This document shows positions 52,600 through 64,000 of a DNA stretch of 64,000 nucleotides, one piece after another (the first letter of the stretch is position 1; each line of letters starts with the position of its first letter). The notes below the pieces were generated by a model that had not been told where the DNA came from, searched no databases, and saw only the letters and a list, made by a program, of their open reading frames with translations. Source of the DNA: Raillietiella orientalis (lineage: Eukaryota); the NCBI GenBank assembly GCA_036172245.1, contig JAYWIR010000018.1:1302001-1366000 (forward strand), read 5' to 3'. The position numbers and the translations under genes were made by a program.

Positions 52600-55250
52600 A
52601 GAGGATGCAATCCCTCGCTGCCTGCCCATCATCAAGGCTCGGAGTTGCCCAGGGAACAGGACAGGCCCCCAGAGAGTGCTTCCTTTCCCGTCTCCCTGAC
52701 AACCCTCAGGAAGCGCTCGTCCGCTCGATGCGACCTCCGAGAGTTCTCTCGGGTTGCGCCGGACCAGGAAAGAAATTTCCTGGTCCGGCGTCCGGAAGTA
52801 AATCCGGCCCGCGGTTGGCACTCGTGCCCGCAGGCCCATTGGCGAGGACCAAGTCGCGGCCTCAGCAGCATGAGCAGGTCAGGTGCTGCTGCGCGCGGCT
52901 ACGAGCAGCATTCCAACGACCCTCCGTTTGGGTCCGGCTTGCGACTGCGCAAGGCCGAAGCGGGCACTTCTGTCTGCTCCCAGGGTCTTCTTTCACGAAG
53001 TCGCTTCCTTTTCTCGAGCTGCTCCGCGCAATCACTCCTACAGGCTTCCTGAGCGGTTCTGAAGATGCACCCGTCTGAAGTGGGGCGCGACCATAAAATA
53101 GACCGGGGAGCCCCCCGGCTAGGCAGGGACCCTCGCCTTAAAAAGTAAAAAGAAAAAAAACAAACTTGCAGAGGGCACGTTGCTCTGGTGCATCACCTGC
53201 GAAGAGAGGCTCTCCTTGCTCCCTTTCGTCCCGCAACAAGACGTGCGCCTCCGGAGGGCGCGCTGCGTATGTGCGCGCTGTCGCACTCCGAGCCCGCTGG
53301 TGCAGCAGCACGGGTCGCTAAGGGCACTCAAGTCCATGCCTTTCCCTTTCGCTTCGCACACGCCGTAACGCGCCTTTTTCAAGGTTTGGGGCGATTTCTG
53401 AATGCCGCTCTCCAGGAAAGTGGGTCGTTCCCGACGGTGAGAGGGAGGAGGGTGGGATGTGCGTGAGGCGATCCCCGAAAGGCGTGACCTCCCGAAGCAC
53501 CTCCTGTGGTTTTCGTGGTCCGCGCTGGTGCTCGCTAGGAGGATGCCCCACCACGCAAAGGAACCGCCGAGGTCTCTGCTGGGCAGTTCGGAATCGCCCG
53601 GAGGGGCTTGCCTTTCTGCTGCCTCCGGGCAGAGCAACGTGGACAATCCGGCGTGCCGACCAGCAAGGAGTAGCGCGCGCCGAGGGAGTGCCATGCGCCG
53701 CCCGAGGGCAAAGCCGCGCCTCGGAGCTCTCGAGGACGCAGTCTCCGACCGAAAGGAACCGCCGAAGAAAGGAGGAAACTGTGGACCACCTCAATGGGAG
53801 GGAGAGGTGAGGAAACAGAAAGAGTGGACTCGCTCTGGTGGAAGAGAGCTCCTAGATGAGACCTCTCTCGCTTCCCCGGAGGCTGCTGCCTCGGGCGGAC
53901 GAAGACCAGGAGACGGACGGTGGCGCTCCAACCACTCACTGCTACGCCCAAGCACCTCCGCGGCTGATCGCAAGCCCAGTGCCATCTCCCGTCCGTCACT
54001 TCAGGCACTGCTGCATCCTGGGATGTGGGCGCGATCGCGCCCTCATCTCCCCTGCTATCTGGATTCCCCAGAATTGTGGGGAGAGCAGCAGAGGAAGAGG
54101 AGGGGAGGAGAAGATGTTGCCTCTGTCGCGATCTTCCAGTTCTTGGGATCCGATCAGCCGATGTCAGGGAACATCTGCAACAATCCCTTTCTCCCGTGTC
54201 CTCAATTCCTCTGACTCCCGGAGCAGCTCCCTCGTTTCAGGAGCGGAGGAGGAAAAGGGAGAGGTGAGAAAGCACGCCGGCCACCCTCTCCTCCCCCCTA
54301 GGGGTCAGTAGACCCGACTCTTCTACCGCTCCTGATGAGGTAGATGGGTGGCGCAAGGCCGCGGATCTCCCGGGCTCACGGGGGAAAGCGCGCCGTTGCG
54401 GCAACGAAGGTACTGGTTCCAGGGCAGAGAACGCGCGACTGCCGTTGAACTCGGGTCGCGACCCCGAAATCGACACGTGAGGGCGTTTACCGATCAGGCA
54501 GCAAACGTGGGAAAGGAGGGACGCGCGCCAGTTTCTTCCTGGAACGCTCCCGGGCAGGGAAGCTTCCGCGCAAGCTTCCCCTTGAGAGGAGGGCTGGGGT
54601 GGCATGAAGGGGGAGGGATCGATACTTCCCACCCCCAAATGGACGTGGTTGTAGGGGAGCAGGAGGGATGCGTGGAGTCGCGTTTACCAATCCTGAGGCG
54701 TTCCACAGTACAGGTGGTGCCTTCCCTGCTGGACTGGCCCGAGGAGCCCCGGCGGTCTCCTGAAGCATGACCTCCCGTTCTCCTGTTGGAGATCTTCCCG
54801 CCTCGGTGCAGGTGACAGCACAGTATCGCCACTACAGCAGCACCGTGCTGCCACCTGCACTGAGGGCTCCAATGCGGTTGCTGATTGGGCTGGAGAGGGG
54901 CTTCCCCTCCCTTCCCAGGAGGGGACTGATGTACCCGCACCTCAGCAAGAGATCGAGGGACTGCAGCTACAGTAGCAGCCTGAGGAGCGACCCCCGCGCG
55001 CCCACTGATGACCTCCTCCGAAAAGCAGCGCTACCGAACGCAGGGGGTGGCGTGGGGCTGTCTTGGAAGGTCTTAAGGACTTGTTCTTGAAAGCGGAGCC
55101 CTGAAAGGGCCACTCGGCCGCACTCACGATACTGCGGGCCCCTACCCCTTGCCGAACTCCATGGGTGGCTCCATGGAGCGCCATCCGGTTCGGCGGTGGG
55201 AGGTCCAAGAAGATGGCAGCTGTAGCTCGGAAGGGACCTCACTGGAAGTT
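52600..55250 (+). mobile_element. Heavily decayed LINE (ORF1-like region followed by RT remnants)
   Basis: RT-like motifs in the expected order across shifting frames: ENARL, APGQGS (~VPGRS), GVAFTNPEAF (~DxEKAFD), IGLERGFP (~GxRQGxP), PTDDL (~YADDL). Boundaries are approximate. Confidence 0.5.
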
Positions 55251-57483
55251 CAAGGAAGAGGAAGGCTGCCGGATGCGCTTGCCCCTCCCTCGCTCACCCT
55301 GGAAAGAAGGGACGTGGGGACAAAAAGGGATCGGGGAAGAGGAAACTGCTCAGAGGGGCAGGAATCACGTTCTATTTCCCCTTCTTCTTTCACTTTTCCA
55401 GCAATCCTCCCGCTCCCTCTCCCTCATCGAAATATTTTCTTGAGAGCACTTTCGAATTTCTTATTCCTGTTCCTAAAGTAGGTAGTTAAAAGTGGGGAGT
55501 ACAAAGTGAGGAATTGAAAGTAGGGATCAGCAACGTCAACTCTTCCTCAATCTGTCTGCATATCCTCACGCAATGTCCTTAGGGTTCCAGTAATTGGTTC
55601 CTCCAAATGCAAGACCCCTCCTAAATCTGCAGGTCGTGCAGTGCTTTCATGGCGCCTGCTCCTCGATGAAACCACTGTTGCCAAGGTTTCGTGGCTTTTT
55701 GTTCTCAGTCATTCGTTTACTTGAGAGGAAGAGCTGATCGTGAGGCTCAAACCAGAAGCGCAGCGCAATGGCAGATGGCACGCGAAGGGGACGGCTCAGT
55801 TTCTTCGATGAAAAATCGCAGGTTCTCTGAGAAGCTGGAACCTAGTCGCTGAACCAGGAGGGTCTAGGAAGGAAGTAGAACATTCCCACTGCTGGCAAGC
55901 AACGGGGTAAAAGCAGAATCCAGCATTGCTCCTTTTCGCAGCCTCACTCGTGAGAAAATCCGTCGGCGAACGCAAAAGAGGGGCAAAAAAGAAAGAAAGA
56001 AAGAAAAGACAAAAAAGGAAAAAAAAAAAAGAAGGAGATTCACGTAGGGGCAACGAAATTTCGCTTCGGACCCGCTGGGTCGTGGTGTTTGCTGGCATCG
56101 ACTCGCTGGCCTGCAGCGGTGAGCTCTCTTCATCGCGAGGCAAATGGCCAGTCATGCTGCCCGAGCTGTCGATGGCTGTTGAGTGAATCGAGACTCATCT
56201 CCGTAAGCAGAAGGGAGCTTCAAGATGCTGTCGACATCACATCTGTTCATCTCGGCAATCTGCTTGTGTGATCTGGGTAAGTGAGTGTGGTGGAGTTTGA
56301 TAGCCGGGAAAGTGGCCAAAAATAGGTTGCCGCGCGTTGCCTTTGCCGCCTCGCTGCAGTCTCCGGTCTCCCGGGTCCAGTGAGAAAGGGCGCCGTGCCC
56401 GTCGAAGTGCGAGGCAGTGAAGTCGTCAAATTTCTTTTTTCCGGGAACGGGCTGTTCGCTCGGACACGGTGTTTTCGGGCTACCAAGTGGCCGGGGCAGC
56501 TGGAACGTCTCTGCCATTTCTCCCGCGCACGAGCGAGCCACACCCGGTGATGCGATTTCTATCCACATATCTCCTTCCTCACCTTCCAGTTGATGAAACC
56601 ATCAACTGGAAACAAACCTTCTTGGGTTTCATTTTTTGCCTTTTGTCTTGCAACTCGGCGAAGCTGCGAAAGACACCTCACAAAGGAGAAAGGCGTTTCG
56701 CGTTCTCTGAAAGTGAAAGACGCCTGAGAGTCGTGGATGCGGGTGGCTTTTACTTACACGTCGCCTTGTTTTTCGTTTGCTGCTTCCCCTTGCATTTCCG
56801 AAGTGGCATGGCATCCGCTCTTCTCATTCGTGACGTGCACGCGTGCTTCTGAGTGAAAGGCAGCTTTTTAATCTTTTCTTTTTCGTTTCCTCAAGGCAGG
56901 GTGACTAGAGGAGTGTCTTTCTTTTTCGTTGCTGCGGTGCGCTTTGTGCTCGTTCGTGCCACATGTAAAAAAAAAAAAAAAAAAAAAAAAACGACGAAGG
57001 TCATTTGCGAGCCGGAAATTGGAGAGGGGAAAACTCGCTGCCTTTCCGATGTGTCGCGTTGCCAATGGTGCTGACAACCATCTTGTAAATGGAAAATTAA
57101 GATGGGATTAGGATGAAAAGTTCTTCATCGGGACTCGTTGGTAAGAGCGTGACTCTTGGAATAGAGTACAAGGAGGGGTCACGGCAATCAGTGCTTTGTC
57201 AAGGGCAACAGCTCGAAAGCCTCGTGCTTCGTTCCCTCTGTTGGGCACACGTGGATTGACTCCACGTGAGCCCAATGGAGGTTTGCACGTGGCAGGAGCA
57301 GGTCGATTCACGTCGTGTTTTTCCCCCCTCGTCGGACGCTGCAAGTCTGCATCCCTCTGCTCGCGCATTCAGAGATGGCGCACCTGGGCATCCACGCACG
57401 CCCCCTCATCATCCCTGTCGAAAAAGGATCGGACGTGACCATGCAGATTCGAATCTCGATGCACCGAATCGAAAGCACCGTTC

Positions 57484-57975
57484 GGCATGCGTTGGCAGCG
57501 CGTGTGGATGCGGTTTCCGCTCGCGGCACCGAGAGTTGCGGGTTCGAATCCTACCCGAGGAAGGAGAAATGCCTGCGCCGAGAAATGAGTGCGTCGTCGG
57601 TTTCGAGTCTACCCTCAGGATGATGCTGATTGGCCTGCAGGCTTCGGGCACTGGTGGACTTGCCGGGATTGGAAGTTGACCCTACTAGGTCCTTCCAGGA
57701 ACCAAGGAGTCTTTCGGGATTCCCCTCCGGTTGTGAAAAGGGGGCCGTACCGTGGAGCTTGTTGATACCCCTCACGGGGGATTGCTTCTCCAGAGCGTAA
57801 GAAGCGCGCCCCTCTCTTCGGGGCGCGCCGTTCAGAGAAACTTGGAGGCGTCCTTTCGGGCTTCTCTCCGGGGAGGAAACAGGGAGTGGTTCCCTGGAGG
57901 GTTCTCTCAGGAGAAGAAAATGAGGAGCGACTGCCTCCGGAGACAATAAGGAAGAGGTTCCCTTCGGAGGCAACC
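57484..57975 (+). mobile_element. SINE-like repeat, copy F (3'-truncated)
   Basis: B box GGTTCGAATCC at 57541-57551; body colinear with copies A and B. Confidence 0.8.
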
Positions 57976-58899
57976 ATGGCGCGGGTTCCCTTATAAAAAT
58001 GAAAAATTAATAGAAAAAAAACATCGTTCTGAAGGAAGAGGTCTAGATGCTGGAAGGAAGGATGCTGAAAGATTCTAGATCGTGGTGAAGTTTCGAGACT
58101 TCCTTCGAGGAGGGCATTCAGCGACCGGGACTGAAATGAGTCCAAAGGACTGCTAGGAGCACGAGATGTGAGCTCTAGCGTGCTCCAATTTCCTCATCGT
58201 CCAGACTAGGTCCTAGGGTTGATCTCCATAGCAGCGCATGGGGGATCCAATGGCCACAATGAAGCCGGGGGGAATTCCAGTGACCCGGTTGAGGGACAGT
58301 TTCTCTTTCTTTGATGATGAGTCCACGAAATGCACAGCTGCCCTGTGAGGGCCTCCTCCAGGCGCAGGGTCCCTTTTTTCCCCTCCTACGCTGTTGCTCG
58401 CAGACTCTTTCTGGTGACCTGCGTCGAATGCCCGGTGGCAGTTCTCTCCAGGACATCTCACGTGCGTTGACTTGCGTGCCATGCCGTCACGGAGCTGACG
58501 CATTTTCCGCCTTCGGCCGTGTTCCCAACCGGCAACGACTTTTTGTTTTTTTTTTGCAACTTGGTCAGAAAAAAAATAACAACGAACAAACAAAACGGGA
58601 TGGGCGTGCAAAAATAAGGGACCGCCATCGGAATATGAAAGAGTGATGGCGGGCGTGCAAAGTGGCGGGTCTGCGCCGCAGATCTGGAAGCTGCAAGCCT
58701 TGGACACGATATCCAGGAGCATGCCACAAGAGCGTCGTTTCGCGACCCGCCGGAAGCGTGGCACACGAGTTTCAGCATCCTGGAGAGCTGTTTCATCCCC
58801 CAGGGAGCTCTGGCAAACGCCCATCTTGAAGGCGAAGGCGTCGCTCCAAGAGGGCGGGAAAGGCAGAACGTGACACGAACTTGCGGCAGGGTGAGGGAG

Positions 58900-61100
58900 C
58901 ATTGCAGTGGGCGTAAACCGGCGCTGAGGTGTGGCGCAAGGGTTTTGCACGAAGAGCGCCCCGACCGATGAAGAATGGGTGAGAAACAATTAGCTGCGTG
59001 GGTGGCTCAAGTCAAAACTCCTGCATTCTTTCGCAAGGTTCGAGGATTTCACGGTGAAGGAGGGGAGTGCCGTGGTTTTCGCTGACATGTTTGGCGCGGA
59101 TGGTGCCAAACTTCTCCTCTTCTTCTTCCCCCCCATATGCATTGAATGGAATGCAGTTCTGGGTGGAAAAGCAGTTCAGAAACAAATAATAAAATCTCCT
59201 CTGGAAGTCTCCTGAGAGCGCAAGGAAAGATTTGAAGGCTTGCTGAGGAAGAAAAAACTTGCATCGGATATACTGGACCGTTCGGGGAAGCATGCCAGGC
59301 ATGCCATCGAGAAAAGGACGCTAAGATTCGCTCGAAGAATTCAAGGGACACCTATCTTGGAAGTAGAAAAGAGTTGATTCATAAAGGGAATCGAGCGCTG
59401 ACTGGCTGTTACCTTCGCAGACACCGTCTCTCGATCTGAGGTCTTGATTTCCTTTTTCTCCCCGCACTTGATGAATGGTCCAAGAACCAATGACCTTAAC
59501 AGCAGATTTTGACCCAATCGCGTAAGGCAGAATGAATTGCGGGGTGGAAAGAGCACAAAACTTTCCCTCGTTGGTGGGGATGTGTCCCGTGGACGAGACG
59601 CTGTGTTGAAAGAGAATCGCCGGTGCACCCACCCTCCTGCACCAGAAGACGGGACTAAGCAGGGAAGACCTATGTGGTCGAACTAGGCCTCCCTGCCTTA
59701 GTGATGAGGAATTGAGACTTCGTTCCTGGGAAGGCAAACGGAGCCCGTCGCTTAAACCTTCTCCTGGGGGCAAGAAGCGCTCTTTTTTAATTTGCCCTCT
59801 TGCCATGGAGCTTTGGTGTCACGTCTTTTGGGAACAACCCGCGTCCAATTTTCGGATCCCAGGTTTAAATCCAAGGATTTAGGCCGTCGGAATTCAACAG
59901 AGCTTTCGAAGATAGTTAAGGAAATGTGCGGAACAGTCCCAGTGACCATTCTCCAGCAACTCATCAGCTGGTCTGCTGTCCAGTTAGTTGCTTTGTGCTT
60001 GGGAACTCAGGTGCACCGAGGCTTTGTTCGCATATCCTAGAAGTGTTGCATCCCAGTGCCACGGGCGGTTTTGAAGCTGAAGTCACTAACGACTACATCT
60101 CAGGAAACGGGTGAATGTAGACAGTCCAAGTGAGGAAGAGGGCGGAACCAGCATTGAGGGCGCGCTGGAATAGAACATCCTTCAAAAAAAATCCCCAGCC
60201 GATCGACGCTTGTCCGAGTGTTGCCATGGAGCTATCGGCTAAGATTCCTCATTGAATGCAGTTGTACTCTGCAGGATGCTGTTTTCTTGTCAGGGTTTAG
60301 ATCGGAAAGATCTAAGACTAGATTTCCAAACACTCTCGAGGAAGAAGTGGATACGATTCTTGTAACGAGCTTATCGGACTTGATAAGGCGTGAGGAGGAC
60401 AAGCAAGAGATCACCGCCTCCAGTGGTAGCAGGCCAGCAAACTATCCGAGCATGCCTTTCGCGGGCTTTCCGAAAACCTTAGACTTCATTTTTGTTTTCC
60501 GCAGTGAAATGGAACCTTTTGCGGAAGTCAATTGAACTCCAGGATTACGGAAAATTTCGGCAACCTTCCTGAAGATTGAGAGCTTGTCGATTGCTGCTGG
60601 AAACTAGCCACGATGGCCAGTTTAGAAGTGAAAGTTTGTGACTCCCGTGATCACTCGGAGGCAGCTGTTTGGCGTGATCATTGCATGTCTTCTTTCTCTT
60701 TCGCCGTCTTTCATCAAGAGCGAAAGAAACATGAGGACTGCATACGTCACCGGGTGCCGCGCCAAAACACGAGATTACATCAAAACATCGCATGGGTAAT
60801 CACTTACGAGTTATACGAGTCTTCGAAAAGGAATATGGAAGCTGCGGCGAAGAACTTTTGCAGCGACTCGCAGCACCGCTTGCTGAAATGCTGCAGGAAA
60901 AAGACATCATCACACGGAGAAAGGCCTTTTTGATGTGTGGGCAGGTTGACTTTCCAAACGTCCAAGCACCAAAGAGGTGCGCAAATGTCAATTTTGTGAA
61001 AACCAAAAGGAAAGCTTTTTGCCGTAATGTGATTGCCTTTTCCGGCAGCATTCCAGCAAGCTCGGCTACGTTGTTCGTGGCAAAGGTTTCTTGTCGCAGC
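58900..61100 (+). mobile_element. Heavily decayed LINE ORF2
   Basis: Ordered remnants FIKG, ADFD, GTKQGRP, PSEEEGG and CGQ, matching RT and post-RT motifs. Boundaries are approximate. Confidence 0.45.
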
Positions 61101-63679
61101 TTCCAAGTCATTTTTCGCAGACGCGTGTAGCTTGCAAGCTGCTAGTTGCCGTCCGTCAAAATCACTTCCTACTAATTTGTTTCTTCAGCGAATTCGCGGC
61201 ATTCAAAAAAATCTGCATGACCAAATCGTTCTTGCCATTCTTTTTCGAAGAGGGTTCACTGCTGCGTCATACCAAAGTGCAACGCGTTTGCTTTTGTCCC
61301 CTTTTTTTCTCAACAGCTCATCATTCAGTGGATGCACGCGTCGCATTTTGGGACTTTATTATAATACCTGCGGCTTTAGTCATGCGGCTCAGCGTGGAGG
61401 GACCGAAAACGCGTCTCGATTTTCTTTCATGAGCAGACCATTGGACTGGAGCAATGTTCAAAGGACTGGACATGAGACCAGTTGTTGCTGTGTCATTGGA
61501 TGAGAGACAGCGGCAACTGGTCTGTTAACCCCATAAGATGTACAAATGTAGCAAAGGCTCATATGGCTGCTACCTTAGAACTGGCTTGTAATTGCATGGA
61601 CAGAATCCATCGAGCTTGAGATCCAGGTGGATGGAGAAATCTGCAGGTACCTTCGAGAGAAAAGGATGCCAACTACGCAGAGACCCTTCGAAACATGGTG
61701 CACCGGGTTCGTTCATTCCCGCAGAAAAACAGGATGGCTGATTCTCACTTCGAATGCGCTCGCAACTTATGCGTCCGTGCTCCTCAAGATAAGATGGCTC
61801 ATGTCCGTTTCTGCTCCGTGTAGCTCCTTTTTGTTCCCTTTCATGAGAGTCTGGATAAAGTAAAGTTCGACCTAATTCCGCAGCCGTTAGCCGGAAGTGA
61901 TTTTGAAGGATGGACGCCTAGCAGTTTACATCACGTGGTTCGTGTTCTCTTTCAAGACAACCGAGCTGACGCTTTGTCACAACGTGAAAATATATCCCCA
62001 GCGTCGAAGGGTGGGGGTGATGCGATTAAACCGCGTTATGCGAGGACTGTCGCCGTTTTTTCGTCGCCGCCACCTCATGCAAATCTTCCGGTCTGAATCC
62101 ACCTTCGTCTACTGAGATGCGGATTCAGACGGGAAGGAGTCCACTTCACGCTCGATTCCTTTCTGATGGCATCTTTTCCTACCCGGAAGTGGCATCCGAG
62201 ATCCCCAGAAAGAAATGCGGCGAAATTCCCCGTGTAGGGCGCTCACCTTTCCTGGGAATCACAAGCTTCTCTATGATCAAGAGATTATTTCTAGCATCCC
62301 TCAGTCTCAACAGGAAAGGCATCTACTGGCACAAGCATCGCGATTTTCGATTAGCGCTTCCTTAGTCCAACGTCTCCATGACGCGTGCCGTCCTGGAACT
62401 CTGTGGGTGAAGTCCCAATGGTTTTGAGTGTTGCCTCAGTGGACACGGAAAGGATGAGGACACGAGGAAGAAAGGAAGTTCGTCGTCAGTCCAGCTATAC
62501 GTATCGCCGCCGTTTTATCCGACGTACCGACGAGGCTTTGGTTTTCCCGAGGCCTCAGATAGCGGCTGCCGCGATGAAACTGTGAAACCACAGACGCTCG
62601 TGGTTGAATCGAACGGAAGGAAGCGGCAGGCGCAGGGGCTGATTTGAGGCAGTGAGGTACACCTCTGCAGCAATACCAGGGGCAGATGATCAGAAGACGA
62701 TCTGATAAAGAGGGGTGGAAGAGAAGGGAGACGAAGATACTGAAAGTTAAGGCGAAGGGAAATGAGGGCGGTTAGCGCTGCAGGGCAGACAGCTTGGATT
62801 CGCGTGAGCCCCAGGTCGGTGCTTAGCAAAATCAGGTTCCAAGGGGGTTTGCAGAACACCATCAGGCAAAGAGAAAGAAACGGTACCTAGTGGAGGAACA
62901 AAACCTGCTCCAGATTCAGCGTGTGCAGATGAATGCTTAGGAAGGCTGCTTCCATTCATGCTTCCTGTTCTTCTGCCGCTCTATTTCTAGTCGTCTCTAG
63001 CCTGTGCTTCGAAGCTTTTCTAGGGAAAGTGCCGTGGTTGCAGAGGTCATCTTCCTCGATGATTTGGCTTTGAGCATTTCCAGGGGTGTGCACATTGCGA
63101 AGGGCTCCAAACCGACACCTTTCCAGTGGAGCGTAAACCGAACGTGGCACGGCGGCATGTTTCCGGCTCCAGAACGCGAGTTTTCCTAGTTTTACGGGTT
63201 CAGCTTTCCTTGGAGTCAGATCTGGAATCAAACCCTGGTCTTCGATGCCTCGAAAGATGACAGTTTCCGCTCGGACGTTAAGAGGCAAGAGCGGATGTGG
63301 CTTGCAGGTGGAGTTGGAGGCGCTGGGTGGAGCTGCACGGAGGTGCTTGTGGAACTCCACAAGCGCCTCCGTGCTGTCCCGAGTTGCCTTTTTGGGGAGC
63401 TGCTCCCACCGTTTTGTAAGAAGTCATGCCGCTGAGGAAGCAGCGGTATGACTCCTTTCAGGATCTAGGATGATGGAAATCCTTTTGGGCGTCTTCAAGG
63501 CTATGAAGATGGAAATCCTTCTGGATTATTTTGTTTCGCTGCTTCCTTCCAGCTTCTTTTATTTGGTTCGCGAGGAATGCCAAAGAACTGTCTGCCTCCT
63601 TGTGGGGGCTCACGAAGCTCTTTGACTCTGTTCACCCACCCACCTCTTCTTCAAGTTACAAAGGTTACCCCGGGAGGGG

Positions 63680-64000
63680 ACTGAGGGAACCTCTTCCCCG
63701 TTCTCTCCGGAGGGACCATCCGGTTTGTGGAGGCCGCACCTCATTTCTTCTCCGAAGGGAACCCTGAAAGGATCCGCTCCTGGAATTTCTTCTCCGGAGG
63801 GAACACTGGCAAGAAAACCTCTCCGTTTCCTCCCCTGAAGAGAACCCAAAGGGGCATCACCAAACTTCCCTGAAGGAAGCGCCGTGCTTCTTACACTCTG
63901 GAGAGTCAACTCCCCCAGGGGGATATCAACCAGCTCCATGGTACGGCCCCTCTTTTCACAACCGGAGAAAAAGAAACCGGCTCCGTGATTCCTGAAAGGA
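63680..64000 (-). mobile_element. SINE-like repeat, copy G (antisense, runs off the window end)
   Basis: Closely colinear with copy E (ATTTCTTCTCCGAAGGG, TTTCCTCCCCTGAAGAGAACC, CCATGGTACGGCCCCTCTTTTCACAACC). Confidence 0.8.

Noticed and set aside
55004..55030. Hammerhead ribozyme core (CTGATGA...GAAA)
   Set aside because: Stem II cannot pair, and the site lies within the decayed YADD motif of an RT.
1..64000. CRISPR array, prokaryotic operon or intact autonomous transposon
   Set aside because: No regularly spaced repeats are present, the genes are intron-containing metazoan genes, and all RT remnants are frameshifted.

Overview
Eukaryotic (metazoan, probably arthropod) genomic DNA. I reconstructed four spliced genes by hand, all with consistent intron phases: an arthropod-type FGF1-like growth factor (+, 3264-7916), a PDGF/VEGF-related factor with CxCxC repeats (+, 13934-17127), kibra/WWC (-, 24240-30142) and a stand-alone Maf dTTP/UTP pyrophosphatase (+, 39821-40824). 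Most introns are 38-69 nt, and one kibra intron appears to be GC-AG. Most of the remaining sequence is decayed retroelement: seven copies of a long (~0.7-0.9 kb) tRNA-headed SINE-like repeat and many eroded L1/Tx1-like LINE fragments. The most unusual structure occurs twice (17.3-19.3 kb and 42.9-46.4 kb): the SINE-like 3' end is fused at the same point to a 5'-truncated LINE, and that LINE is interrupted by an antisense copy of a related LINE with a visible target-site duplication. No CRISPR array, rRNA, intact tRNA or intact transposon ORF was seen. All alignments and counts were made by eye; no database searches were run.
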